64,000 nucleotides of DNA, taken from the NCBI GenBank assembly GCA_003353845.1, contig PIVT01000004.1, positions 12,283 to 76,282 on the forward strand, read 5' to 3'. This document shows positions 36,181 through 45,564 of the stretch, in pieces (the first letter of the stretch is position 1; every line of letters starts with the position of its first letter). A program made the translations under genes and the position numbers. The stretch comes from Pseudomonadota bacterium. Lineage in GTDB: Bacteria; Myxococcota_A; UBA9160; JADFDR01. Under the pieces are notes generated by a model, which was given only the letters and a program-made list of their open reading frames with translations, had not been told where the DNA came from and did no database searches.

Positions 36181-37248
36181 TTGTCCGCTGCGCTGAATAC
36201 GAAGATCTGTGAAATGTTTGGAGTGAAGTACCCGGTCATTCAAACGGCCATGGGTTGGGTGTCCACCCCGGAGCTCACGGCGGCGACGGCCAATGCCGGT
36301 GGCATGGGCTTCCTGGCGGCTGCCACCATCAAGCCGGAGGAAGTGGGTAAGGAAATTCAGCGGGTGCGTGCACTCACAGACAAGCCCTTTGGTGTGAACT
36401 TCCTCATGGAAGCGCCCGGCGCCGACATTATTGTCGACAGCATCCTCGAGCACGGTGTTCGCGCGGCCAGCTACAGTCGTTCTCCCAATCCCGAATTTAT
36501 CAAGCGTTTCAAAGATGCCGGCGTGCTCTGTGTACCTACGGTGGGAGCTCCTCGACACGCCGAAAAAGCCGTGCAGTTGGGAGCTGACATTATTGTGTGT
36601 CAAGGCGGAGAGGGGGGTGGCCACACTGGAACCATCGCCTCGACCATCTTGTTGCCAGCGGTGCTGGACATGGTAGATGTACCGGTGGTGGCTGCTGGCG
36701 GTTTCAAGGACGGACGCGGTTTGGTGGCGGCCTTGGCCTATGGTGCCAGTGGTATTGCCATGGGAACGCGCTTCTTGCTCACCAAAGAAAGCCCCGTACC
36801 TCCGGCCACGGCCGAGCGTTACTTGAAGGCCAACGTCAAGAACAACGCGGAGCAGATCAAAGTAACCACTCAGGTCGATGGCATGCCTCAGCGCTGCGTG
36901 GTGAATGAACTTGTACACGAATTGGAAAATGCCAGCACGGTGGGTTTGTTGTGGCAGTCCTTTAAGAGCGCCATGGAGTATCGCAAGCTGAGCGGTGCGG
37001 GCATGTTTGAAATCCTGAATTCGGCCTTGCAGATGCGCAAGAGCAACGGACTCACCCTTTCACAAACGCTTATGGGCGCCAATGCCCTGGCCATGGTGAA
37101 AGCGGCCATGATTGATGGCGATCCCATTCACGGTGTATTGCCTAGCGGTGTGGTGGCAGGTTTGATCGACGACCTGCCCAGTGTGGACGAATTAATTCAG
37201 AGCATCATGCGCGAAGCAGAGGAACGCTTGGCGGCGCTTTCGGTCTGA
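36181..37248 (+). CDS. nitronate monooxygenase family FMN enzyme (IpdC-like acyl-CoA/enoyl reductase candidate)
   Basis: FGVKYPVIQTAMGWVS, IIVCQGGEGGGHTG and VVAAGGFKDGRG motifs. TTG start 6 nt after GAGGAA. Confidence 0.85.
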   Translation: MSAALNTKICEMFGVKYPVIQTAMGWVSTPELTAATANAGGMGFLAAATIKPEEVGKEIQRVRALTDKPFGVNFLMEAPGADIIVDSILEHGVRAASYSRSPNPEFIKRFKDAGVLCVPTVGAPRHAEKAVQLGADIIVCQGGEGGGHTGTIASTILLPAVLDMVDVPVVAAGGFKDGRGLVAALAYGASGIAMGTRFLLTKESPVPPATAERYLKANVKNNAEQIKVTTQVDGMPQRCVVNELVHELENASTVGLLWQSFKSAMEYRKLSGAGMFEILNSALQMRKSNGLTLSQTLMGANALAMVKAAMIDGDPIHGVLPSGVVAGLIDDLPSVDELIQSIMREAEERLAALSV

Positions 37249-37289
37249 AGCTTGAACATTCAGGTCGCTGAAGAGAAGAGGAGACGAGT

Positions 37290-38057
37290 ATGAGCAAGCC
37301 CTTTAAGACGTCCATTAAAGATGGCATTGCAGAGATGATTTTCAATCATCCTCCCGTCAACGCCTTTTCCAGCGCGGGCTGGGCGGCCATTGCTCAGGAA
37401 ATCGAAGAGCTAGGCCAGAAAGCGGATGTGCGCGTCATTATCATCGCAGCCGAAGGGCGCGGCTTTTGTGCCGGTGTCGACATTAAAGAGTTGGCGGCTG
37501 AGGGCGACTCCCTCATCGTCAAGGTGAATAAAGGCAATTACGACACCTTCAAGGCCATCCACTTGAATCCACGGCCCGTCATCGTGGCCGTTCACGGATT
37601 TGTGTTGGGGGGTGGGATCGGAATCAGTGGCGCAGCGGATATTTTGGTGGCCAGCGAGTGCGCCACCTTTGCCGTGCCCGAGGTGGATCGCGGTGCCATG
37701 GGCGGAGGCGCTCACTTGCAGCGCATGTTCCCCGTGCAAAAGGTCCGGTACATGTATTTCACGGGCGAGCCCATTGATGCCCAAGAAGCCTATCGCTTGG
37801 GTGCCGTCGAGCAGGTGGTCCCCCGAGAAAAGCTGTTGGATACAGCCCGCGAGATCGCGGGCAAGATTGCCGAGAAGAGCCCGCGCATGATTGCCCTGGC
37901 CAAAGAAGCACTCACCGGTATCGAAGACGGAAACCTGGAAGACAAGTATCGATCCGAACAGGGCTTTACCTTGGAGGCTTACGCTTCACCGGACTCGCAG
38001 GAGGCGCGTGATGCCTTCGTCGATAAGCGAGACGCGACATTTAGTGAGAAGAAATAA
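37290..38057 (+). CDS. enoyl-CoA hydratase/isomerase (crotonase) family
   Basis: Crotonase oxyanion motifs FCAGVDIKE and VHGFVLGGGIGISGAADI; 255 aa. Confidence 0.9.
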   Translation: MSKPFKTSIKDGIAEMIFNHPPVNAFSSAGWAAIAQEIEELGQKADVRVIIIAAEGRGFCAGVDIKELAAEGDSLIVKVNKGNYDTFKAIHLNPRPVIVAVHGFVLGGGIGISGAADILVASECATFAVPEVDRGAMGGGAHLQRMFPVQKVRYMYFTGEPIDAQEAYRLGAVEQVVPREKLLDTAREIAGKIAEKSPRMIALAKEALTGIEDGNLEDKYRSEQGFTLEAYASPDSQEARDAFVDKRDATFSEKK

Positions 38058-38125
38058 CATCGAGAGAAACCAAGTCTGATTCATGTTCGCATGAGGTCAG
38101 CGCCACACCATAGGAAATTGTCGAA

Positions 38126-39295
38126 ATGGAATTACGGTTTACTGCGGAGCAAGAGGCCTTTCGCAAAGAGGCCCGAGAGTGGCTCGAAGCCAATGTGCCC
38201 AAAGAGCCCTTGCCATCAATGGATACCAAAGAGGGTTTTGCCGCTCATCGCGAGTGGGAAAAAACTTTGGAGAAGGGTCGCTGGGGCATGGTTTGCTGGC
38301 CCGAAGAATTGGGCGGCCGCGGCGCCGACCTGTTCGATTGGCTGATCTTTGAAGAGGAAGCCTATCGCGTGGGTGCGCCTCTGCGTGTGAACCAAAACGG
38401 CATCTACTTGCTCGGCCCGACTCTCATGGAATACGGCACGGAAGAGCAAAAGAAACGTTTCTTGCCGCCCATGGCTTCCAGCGATGAAGTGTGGGCGCAG
38501 GCGTGGTCCGAACCCAACGCGGGCTCTGACATGGCGGCCATTCGCACCACGGCTTTTCTAGACGCAAGCGGTGAGAACTACATCGTCAATGGTCAGAAGA
38601 CCTGGGCCTCACGCGGATGTTGGGCCGATTGGGGCTTTGGTTTGTTTCGCACCGAGGAAGGTTCGGAACGGCACAAGGGTCTTTCCATGATGGTCTTCCC
38701 CAATGATCTCGAAGGAATCACCATCAGTCCCATTGAACAATTGGATCGCGAGACGGGTTTTGCCGAGATGTTCTTCGACAACGTGAAGGTGCCAGTGAAA
38801 TACCTGTTGGGCGAAGAAGGCAAGGGCTGGAACGTGGCCATGGCCACCGCCGGCTTCGAGCGTGGGCTCATGCTGCGCAGTCCCGCGCGTTACCAAGCCA
38901 CCGCACGCAAACTGGTGGATTTGTACAAAGAGCACGAAGACACGGCACCGGTATCCGCTCGCGAAGCCGTGGCCAAGTGTTGGATGAAGGCCGAGCAGTA
39001 TGCCCTCAACACTTATCGCACGGTGAGCTTCTTGAAAGCGGGAGGCAAGATTGGCTCCGAGGCCAGTTTGAACAAGATCTTCTGGTCGGAGCTGGACATT
39101 GAGATGCATGAGTTGGCGCTCAGCATTCTCGACGCCGTGGGTGAAATTCTGCCTTACGCGCCAGCCGCCAAGGGATTGGTCGGGCACTGGTTGGATGGTT
39201 ACATGTTCGCATTGGCGGGTCCCATCTATGCCGGGACCAATGAAATTCAGCGCAACGTAATTGCCGAGCGTCTGCTTGGCTTGCCGAGGAAGTAG
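38126..39295 (+). CDS. acyl-CoA dehydrogenase, probable alpha subunit of a heteromeric ACAD
   Basis: ACAD motifs WSEPNAGSD, GQKTWAS and the C-terminal IYAGTNEIQRNVIAERLLGLPR. Confidence 0.9.
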   Translation: MELRFTAEQEAFRKEAREWLEANVPKEPLPSMDTKEGFAAHREWEKTLEKGRWGMVCWPEELGGRGADLFDWLIFEEEAYRVGAPLRVNQNGIYLLGPTLMEYGTEEQKKRFLPPMASSDEVWAQAWSEPNAGSDMAAIRTTAFLDASGENYIVNGQKTWASRGCWADWGFGLFRTEEGSERHKGLSMMVFPNDLEGITISPIEQLDRETGFAEMFFDNVKVPVKYLLGEEGKGWNVAMATAGFERGLMLRSPARYQATARKLVDLYKEHEDTAPVSAREAVAKCWMKAEQYALNTYRTVSFLKAGGKIGSEASLNKIFWSELDIEMHELALSILDAVGEILPYAPAAKGLVGHWLDGYMFALAGPIYAGTNEIQRNVIAERLLGLPRK

Positions 39296-39298
39296 ATC

Positions 39299-40354
39299 AT
39301 GGATTTTAGTTTCTCTGAAGATCAGAAAATGTTTCAAGAAACCCTACGCGACTTTTTGACGGCGGAGCACACGTCGGCAACCATTCGCGAACTTTGGGAT
39401 AGCGAGACGCGCCGCTCCAGTGAACTCTGGCAGCAGCTTTGCGAGATCGGAATTATGGGTCTCTTGGTGCCGGAAGAGTATGACGGCATGGGCATGGATG
39501 AGGTCGATCTCGTTCTGTGTCTGGAAGAAATGGGTACACATGCCTTCGCCGAGCCGGTGATCCCCACCTTGGTGGGTACGCGCTTACTGGCCGACCTGGC
39601 CGACAAGAGCCTGGCGCAAGAGTGGTTGCCAAAGGTGGCCGGAGGCGAAGCCATTCTGGCGGTGCAATATCCCGAGAGTCCTTTCGTGCAAGATGCACAC
39701 GTGGCCAACTTGCTCATTCTGCAAAAGGATGGCGAGTTGCACGCCTTGACCCCGGACCAGGTGAAGCTCACACGTCAGGACTCCAACGATCCCAGCAATT
39801 GCCTGTTCTCTGTCGACTGGACACCTTCGGCAGATACGCTCATTGCTCAGGGTGAGGAAGCGGCGAAACTGAGTGCCGAGGCCTTTGATCGCGGTGCACT
39901 GGCAGCGGCGGCACAACTCCTGGGTTGTGGGCAACGCATGATTCACATGGCCTGTGAGTATGCCAGTGAGCGGAAGCAATTCGGCGTATTCATTGGAACC
40001 TTCCAAGCCATTAAGCACATGTGTTCCAACGCACAGGTTCAGGTGGAGTATGTGCGCCCCGCGGTGTATCGCGCGGCCTTTTCCCTTGCGAACAACAGCG
40101 TGAATCGGAGCGTCAACGTTTCCATGGCCAAGTTGGCTGCAGGGGAAGCTGCACACACGGCTTCGCGCGTCAGCATGCAGGTGCACGGCGGGCAGGGGTA
40201 TACCTGGGAGCAGGATTTGCACTTGTGGATGCGCCGCGCTTGGAGCCTCGATTTAGCCTGGGGTTCGAAGCAGATGCACAGCCAGCGCATTGCCTCCATC
40301 GTCATCGACCAAGGCGTGCCGACGGCACCCCTGGGAGAGAGTTGGCTGGCTTGA
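39299..40354 (+). CDS. acyl-CoA dehydrogenase family, probable beta subunit of a heteromeric ACAD
   Basis: Starts 3 nt after the preceding stop. Has the ACAD C-terminal domain (ERKQFGVFIGTFQAIKHMCSN, QVHGGQGYTWE) but a shorter, divergent N/middle domain (351 aa). Confidence 0.85.
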   Translation: MDFSFSEDQKMFQETLRDFLTAEHTSATIRELWDSETRRSSELWQQLCEIGIMGLLVPEEYDGMGMDEVDLVLCLEEMGTHAFAEPVIPTLVGTRLLADLADKSLAQEWLPKVAGGEAILAVQYPESPFVQDAHVANLLILQKDGELHALTPDQVKLTRQDSNDPSNCLFSVDWTPSADTLIAQGEEAAKLSAEAFDRGALAAAAQLLGCGQRMIHMACEYASERKQFGVFIGTFQAIKHMCSNAQVQVEYVRPAVYRAAFSLANNSVNRSVNVSMAKLAAGEAAHTASRVSMQVHGGQGYTWEQDLHLWMRRAWSLDLAWGSKQMHSQRIASIVIDQGVPTAPLGESWLA

Positions 40355-40411
40355 TCGGACAAACTCAGGACTGGTCTTCAAGATTCAAGGCTGAGCTTCA
40401 AGGAGAGAAAA

Positions 40412-40852
40412 ATGAGTGATAAACCCAAGGTTCCGGCGGTAGAGGGCTGGTTTACCATGGATGAGGCATCGCCTCATCTGATTGGTAGCCAGTGCTCCAA
40501 GTGCAAGAGCTATTACTTTCCCAAGCAATCACTTTTTTGTCGAAATCCCGAGTGTGATTCCGAGGAATTCGATGAAGTGGAGCTCTCGAATCGTGGAAAG
40601 ATCTGGTCCTACACCAATAATTGTTACAAGCCGCCCGCCCCCTACATTCAGGTGACGGATCCCTTTGAGCCCTTTGCTTTGGCCGGTGTTCAGTTGGAAA
40701 AAGAAGGCATGATCATTTTGGGCATGCTCTCCGATGGCGTCACTGTGGAAGATGTGAAAGTAGGCCAGGAGGCCGAGTTGGTACTGGGCACGCTCTTTGA
40801 AGATGACGAGTGTGAAAAACTGGTTTGGAAGTGGAAGCCCATCGCCGGCTGA
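40412..40852 (+). CDS. DUF35 OB-fold / zinc-ribbon protein (thiolase or aldolase partner)
   Basis: Rubredoxin-like CSKC...CRNPEC followed by an OB-fold segment; 146 aa. Sits directly upstream of the SCP-x-type thiolase. Confidence 0.8.
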   Translation: MSDKPKVPAVEGWFTMDEASPHLIGSQCSKCKSYYFPKQSLFCRNPECDSEEFDEVELSNRGKIWSYTNNCYKPPAPYIQVTDPFEPFALAGVQLEKEGMIILGMLSDGVTVEDVKVGQEAELVLGTLFEDDECEKLVWKWKPIAG

Positions 40853-40876
40853 GCCGCGCTTGGAAGGAAAATAATT

Positions 40877-42073
40877 ATGTCGAATCAAGAAGTCGCGATT
40901 CTCGGCGTTGGAATGCATGAGTGGGGCAAGTGGGAAGACGGGAACTTCGTCGCCTACGGTGTAAAAGCCTGTCGGGATGCTTTGCAGGATGCCGGTGTAG
41001 CCTGGAAGGACATTCAAATGGTTTCGGGGGCGGCCACCATGCGCTGTGGTTATCCCGGTTATGTGGCGGGTGCGACTTTTGCTAACGCTTTGGGTTGGCA
41101 GGGTGCACGTGTGAATACCTCTTACGCCGCTTGTGCCTCGGGTTCTCAGGCCCTGTCCGCCGCGCGTTCAGCCATTGCCGCGGGTGAATGTGAAGTGGCC
41201 TTGGTGGTAGGCTCGGACAAGACACCCAAGGGCTTTCTCGCCCCGCAAAAAGGCGATCGGCCCGATGATCCCGATTGGCAACGCTTTCGTTTAATCGGCG
41301 CCACGAATCCTGCCTTCTTCGCGTTCTACGCACGACGGCGAATGGATTTGTATGGTGCGACCGAGGAAGACTTCGCGCGCGTCAAGGTGAAGAACGCCAA
41401 GAACGGTTTGCACAATCCCAAGGCACGTTATCGCAAGGAGTTCTCCATGGAGAGTGTGTTGGGATCGGCCATGGTGTGCGATCCCCTGCGCTTATTTGAA
41501 ATTTGTGCCACCAGCGATGGGGCCGCTGCCATTGTGGTGTCTAGCTTGGACTACGCCAAGAAAGTGGGGAAGGCCGATGCACCGCGCATTGCTGCCATCT
41601 CAACGGTGACGCCGGACTACCCCTGCGCCACGGTAGAGATGCCCGACATTGCGACAGATTCCAGTGCCTCGGTGACGGTGCCGGCCCTTGAGTTCAAGAG
41701 TTCCGTACCCCACGCGGCCTACGAGGAAGCGGGCATTGGCCCCGAAGATCTATCCCTGGCCGAGGTGTACGACTTAAGTTCCGCCTTGGAACTCGATTGG
41801 TACGAGAACCTGGGCCTGTGTGGTCAAGGTGAAGCCGAAAAACTATTGCGTTCAGGCGACACCGAAATCGGTGGACGCATTCCCGTGAACCCCAGTGGCG
41901 GATTGGCTTGCTTCGGCGAAGCGGTTCCGGCCCAGGCTTTGGCTCAGGTTTGTGAGTTGACCTGGCATTTGCGCGGTGAAGCGGGTGCGCGGCAGGTGGA
42001 GGGCGCAAAGGTAGGCATTACAGCCAACCAAGGTCTCTTCGGCCACGGCTCCTCGGTGATCGTGAAGAAGTAG
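40877..42073 (+). CDS. SCP-x/Ltp-type thiolase-fold protein
   Basis: SYAACASGSQAL (Cys nucleophile retained), TSDGAAAIVV and NPSGGLACFGEA motifs; 398 aa. Confidence 0.85.
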   Translation: MSNQEVAILGVGMHEWGKWEDGNFVAYGVKACRDALQDAGVAWKDIQMVSGAATMRCGYPGYVAGATFANALGWQGARVNTSYAACASGSQALSAARSAIAAGECEVALVVGSDKTPKGFLAPQKGDRPDDPDWQRFRLIGATNPAFFAFYARRRMDLYGATEEDFARVKVKNAKNGLHNPKARYRKEFSMESVLGSAMVCDPLRLFEICATSDGAAAIVVSSLDYAKKVGKADAPRIAAISTVTPDYPCATVEMPDIATDSSASVTVPALEFKSSVPHAAYEEAGIGPEDLSLAEVYDLSSALELDWYENLGLCGQGEAEKLLRSGDTEIGGRIPVNPSGGLACFGEAVPAQALAQVCELTWHLRGEAGARQVEGAKVGITANQGLFGHGSSVIVKK

Positions 42074-42093
42074 TTCTGCGATTGAGTGGTGAT

Positions 42094-43104
42094 TTAGCGC
42101 GGCGCGGGCTTCATATGCTTGGCGCCGCGCATCCACTTTATGGTGTCACTATAGGTCGCTTCCAATTCCCGGAAGCTGATGTCCAACTCCGATTGAAGCT
42201 TACTCGCATCGGCAACGGCCCATTGGGTGACATAGGTCATGGCTTCACGTGTCATGGGAAACTCGAAGGGGACGAAGCGCTTGATCTTGTCGCACAAGGT
42301 TCCCAAGGCCAATAATAAACCCGGTGGCGCCGAGATGCGGCGAACGCGTCGACCCGTTGCGGCTTCAATCAAGTCTGCAATCTCCGCCCAGCTCTGAAAG
42401 TGCCCCGTGGTCAGGTAGCGCGCTTCTTGAGGGGTGGACGGACAGCCGCGCTCCAAGAGCAGGCGATGGGTGTGCGCGAGGTCGCGCACGTCGACGTATT
42501 GCAAGCCCGTGGTAGTAATCAGCATGAGCAACTCGGCAAACAAGCGCAGCGCCTTGTTGCCTTCGCTGAACTTGGGGTCGTCGGGTCCGATCACCGAGGT
42601 GGGGTAGGTCACCTGAATCGGGGCCCCACTTTCTTGCAACTCGCGCACATATTGCTCGCTGATCACTTTGGAGTGGCCGTAAGGGTTGCTCGATGTGCCC
42701 AGGGGAGTGTTTTCATCGATGTGTGAGATGCCGGGAGAAAAAAGGGCCAATGCGCTGGAGACGTAGAGGATGTTTTGGATCCCCAACTCGTGCGCGCCAC
42801 CCACCACGTTCTTGACGCCGTCGACATTGATGCGGATCACCTGATCCGCGTTGCGTTCACCCAAGGTCACCATGGCTGCGCTGTGTAGGACGGCGTCACA
42901 GTCGCGCATGTTGGAACGCACGAGATCCGCATCGGTCATATCGCCCTGAACAATATCCTCTACTTGGAATCCAAGATTTTTGTAATAACGCTGCACGGTG
43001 GAGGGGTCGCGCAACAAGAGGCGGACTTCATGCCCGGCCTTGAGCAACTCCATGGTGCTGTGTGCACCGACGAATCCCCCAGCTCCTGTAATAAAAATAC
43101 GCAT
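42094..43104 (-). CDS. NAD-dependent epimerase/dehydratase family (extended SDR, 3-beta-HSD-like)
   Basis: MRIFITGAGGFVGAH Rossmann motif and a YGHSK catalytic YxxxK. Start set at ATG 43104; the ORF track extends to 43218. Confidence 0.8.
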   Translation of the reverse strand: MRIFITGAGGFVGAHSTMELLKAGHEVRLLLRDPSTVQRYYKNLGFQVEDIVQGDMTDADLVRSNMRDCDAVLHSAAMVTLGERNADQVIRINVDGVKNVVGGAHELGIQNILYVSSALALFSPGISHIDENTPLGTSSNPYGHSKVISEQYVRELQESGAPIQVTYPTSVIGPDDPKFSEGNKALRLFAELLMLITTTGLQYVDVRDLAHTHRLLLERGCPSTPQEARYLTTGHFQSWAEIADLIEAATGRRVRRISAPPGLLLALGTLCDKIKRFVPFEFPMTREAMTYVTQWAVADASKLQSELDISFRELEATYSDTIKWMRGAKHMKPAPR

Positions 43105-43381
43105 ACTTGGAGGAGGATAGGGGAAACCACGCGCAGCGCGCTCTTGTTCCAGTCGCTCGGCCGGGTCGCAGGTACTTCTTTGTGAAATACCCGCAGACGG
43201 GGCGCTTTGCCGCACCAAAAGAGGGGCGTATAGCTCTCTTAGTCTCTATTATTACCGGTCGACAACGAGCCTTCTCCTCAACGGGCCATCTAGTGCCTGG
43301 AGTCGTTTTGCCTGAAGTAATTACCCTGGAGTCGTCTAGTTGGAGTTCGCCCCCGGACTCCCAAAGACATGGAGAATGAAA

Positions 43382-44530
43382 ATGCCTGAAGCCTATATCG
43401 TAGATGCTGTACGTACCCCCATTGGCCGCCGCAAGGGTAGCTTTGCCGAAGTTCACGCAGGTGACTTGGGCGCCCACTCCATCAAGGCCCTCGTAGAGCG
43501 CACCGGAATTGATCCCTCCATCGTGGATGATGTGATCTTTGGTTGTGTGGACACTATCGGTCCTCAAGCTGGAGATATCGCTCGTACCTGTTGGTTGGTC
43601 GCGGGCATGCCCGAGGAAGTGCCAGGCACCACGGTAGACCGCCAGTGCGGGTCCTCTCAGCAGGCTGTGCATTTCGCTGCCCAGGCCGTCATGAGTGGAA
43701 CTCAAGATGTGGTTGTGGCCGGTGGTGTTCAGAACATGACCCAGATTCCCATCTCTGCGGCCATGTTGGCGGCAGAACCCTTTGGCTTCTCGGACCCCTT
43801 CTCGGGATCCAAGGGCTGGGTAAAGCGCTATGGCAACACCCCGGTTGATCAATTTAGTTCTGCCGAGATGATGGCCAAGAAGTGGGACATCAGCCGGGAG
43901 GAGATGGAAGTCTACGCGCTCGAGAGTCATACGCGAGCGATACACGCCATCAAGGAGGGACGCTTCAAGAATGAAATCGCTCCCTTCGGTGACTTCGATA
44001 CGGATGAAACCCCGCGCGAGAGTTCCTTGGAGAAGATGGCCACCCTCAAGGTGCTCATGGAAGGTGGCCGACTGACGGCCGCTGTTTGCAGTTCGCTCTG
44101 CGACGCTTCGGCCGCTTTGTTGGTGGTGAGCGAACGCGCGCTGAAAGAGTACGGGCTCAAACCACGCGCCCGTGTGCATCACATCAGCGTGCGTGCTGCG
44201 GATCCGATCTGGATGTTGACAGCACCTATCCCCGCTACGGAGTATGCGCTGAAGAAAGCCGGCATGACCTTGAACGATATTGATCTGATTGAGATCAACG
44301 AGGCCTTTGCGCCGGTGGTGATGGCATGGCAAAAGGAAACGGGTGCCGACCTGGCCAAGGTGAATGTGAACGGTGGCGCCATTGCGCTGGGGCATCCCTT
44401 GGGCGCCACGGGTGCACGGCTGATGACCACCTTGCTCAATGAGTTGGAGCGCACGGGTGGACGCTACGGCCTGCAGACCATGTGTGAGGGTGGAGGACAG
44501 GCCAACGTCACCATTCTTGAGCGCCTCTAA
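43382..44530 (+). CDS. thiolase (acetyl-CoA C-acyltransferase)
   Basis: VDRQCGSSQQA, NVNGGAIALGHPLGATGARL and CEGGGQA motifs. ATG 43382 lies 7 nt after GGAG. Confidence 0.9.
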   Translation: MPEAYIVDAVRTPIGRRKGSFAEVHAGDLGAHSIKALVERTGIDPSIVDDVIFGCVDTIGPQAGDIARTCWLVAGMPEEVPGTTVDRQCGSSQQAVHFAAQAVMSGTQDVVVAGGVQNMTQIPISAAMLAAEPFGFSDPFSGSKGWVKRYGNTPVDQFSSAEMMAKKWDISREEMEVYALESHTRAIHAIKEGRFKNEIAPFGDFDTDETPRESSLEKMATLKVLMEGGRLTAAVCSSLCDASAALLVVSERALKEYGLKPRARVHHISVRAADPIWMLTAPIPATEYALKKAGMTLNDIDLIEINEAFAPVVMAWQKETGADLAKVNVNGGAIALGHPLGATGARLMTTLLNELERTGGRYGLQTMCEGGGQANVTILERL

Positions 44531-44597
44531 TTTTTAATTGAACCTGTGCCGGGGCTGAATGGAACAGGCCCCGGCTTAGAACACCAAGGAGATTCCC

Positions 44598-45506
44598 ATG
44601 GGTATTTGTGATGGACGTGTAGTGATTGTTACGGGAGCTGGAACCGGGCTTGGCAAGGAGCACGCGCTGGAGTTCGGGCGGCAGGGCGCCAAGGTTGTGG
44701 TTTGTGACCTCGGTGTTACGCGCTCTGGAGAAGGCGGTGATAAGAAACCTGCAGAGGATGTGGTAGCGGAAATCAAAGCCGCGGGTGGTGAAGCCATTCC
44801 TTTCTACTGCGACGTTACGGACTTCAACGCTTGTGGTGAAATGGTGAAGACGGCCATTGAAACCTTTGGCGGCCTCGACGTTGTCGTAAACAACGCAGGC
44901 TTCTTGCGCGACCGCATGTTTGCCTCTTGCGGCGAAGATGAGTGGGACGCAGTGATCAAGGTGCACTTGAAGGGTCACTTCTGTACGTCGCGCCACGCGG
45001 TTGAATATTGGCGAGGTCAAGCCAAGGCGGGCAACGAAGTCAGCGGTCGCATCATCAACACCAGTTCCGGTGCAGGGTTGCAGGGTAGCGTCGCGCAGTG
45101 CACGTACTCGTCGGCCAAGGCGGGCATTGCCGCACTTACTTTGGTTCAATCGGCAGAACTCGGCCGCTACGGCATTACCTCCAACGCCATTTGTCCCTCG
45201 GCGCGCACCCGCATGACCGAAGAAGTGTTCAAAGACATGATGGCCGACGTGGGCGAAGGCGAGTTTGACGCCATGGATCCCTCCAATGTTTCGCCTTTGG
45301 TGGTCTGGTTGGGTTCCAAGGAAGCCGGCGATGTTACGGGTAAGATCTTCGAGGTTGAAGGTGGAAAGATCAGCTTGGCCGATGGCTGGCACAAAGGGCC
45401 TGTGGTTGACAAGGGTGCGCGTTGGGATCCCGCCGAAGTGGGCGGTGCCGTGAAAGAGGTCATGGGCAAAGCCGTTCCCGCGACGCCAGTTTATGGAGCA
45501 AAATAG
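44598..45506 (+). CDS. SDR, MFE-2/17-beta-HSD4 (Hsd4A)-type (3R)-hydroxyacyl-CoA dehydrogenase
   Basis: DGRVVIVTGAGTGLGKEHALEFGRQGAKVVVCDLG followed by a Gly-rich insert, and YSSAK catalytic YxxxK. This pattern matches the N-terminal domain of peroxisomal MFE-2. Confidence 0.8.
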   Translation: MGICDGRVVIVTGAGTGLGKEHALEFGRQGAKVVVCDLGVTRSGEGGDKKPAEDVVAEIKAAGGEAIPFYCDVTDFNACGEMVKTAIETFGGLDVVVNNAGFLRDRMFASCGEDEWDAVIKVHLKGHFCTSRHAVEYWRGQAKAGNEVSGRIINTSSGAGLQGSVAQCTYSSAKAGIAALTLVQSAELGRYGITSNAICPSARTRMTEEVFKDMMADVGEGEFDAMDPSNVSPLVVWLGSKEAGDVTGKIFEVEGGKISLADGWHKGPVVDKGARWDPAEVGGAVKEVMGKAVPATPVYGAK

Positions 45507-45564
45507 CTCATTTGAATCGCTTATTTGAATAACAAACTGAGCCTTTGATAAGTAGAGGGTAGCT

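Noticed and set aside
35785-36918. 377-aa ORF on the minus strand
   Set aside because: It is antisense to the CoA-transferase B and NMO genes, spans their intergenic gap, and has low-complexity His/Arg/Gly composition with no RBS. Shadow ORF.
38609-39337. 242-aa ORF on the minus strand
   Set aside because: It is antisense to the acyl-CoA dehydrogenase gene. Shadow ORF.
43028-44395. 455-aa ORF on the minus strand
   Set aside because: It is entirely antisense to a thiolase gene with complete catalytic motifs. The product is Arg/His/Gly-rich with no motif, typical of a shadow ORF in GC-rich coding DNA.
44508-45392. 294-aa ORF on the minus strand
   Set aside because: It is antisense to the MFE-2-type SDR, with no recognisable motifs. 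Shadow ORF.
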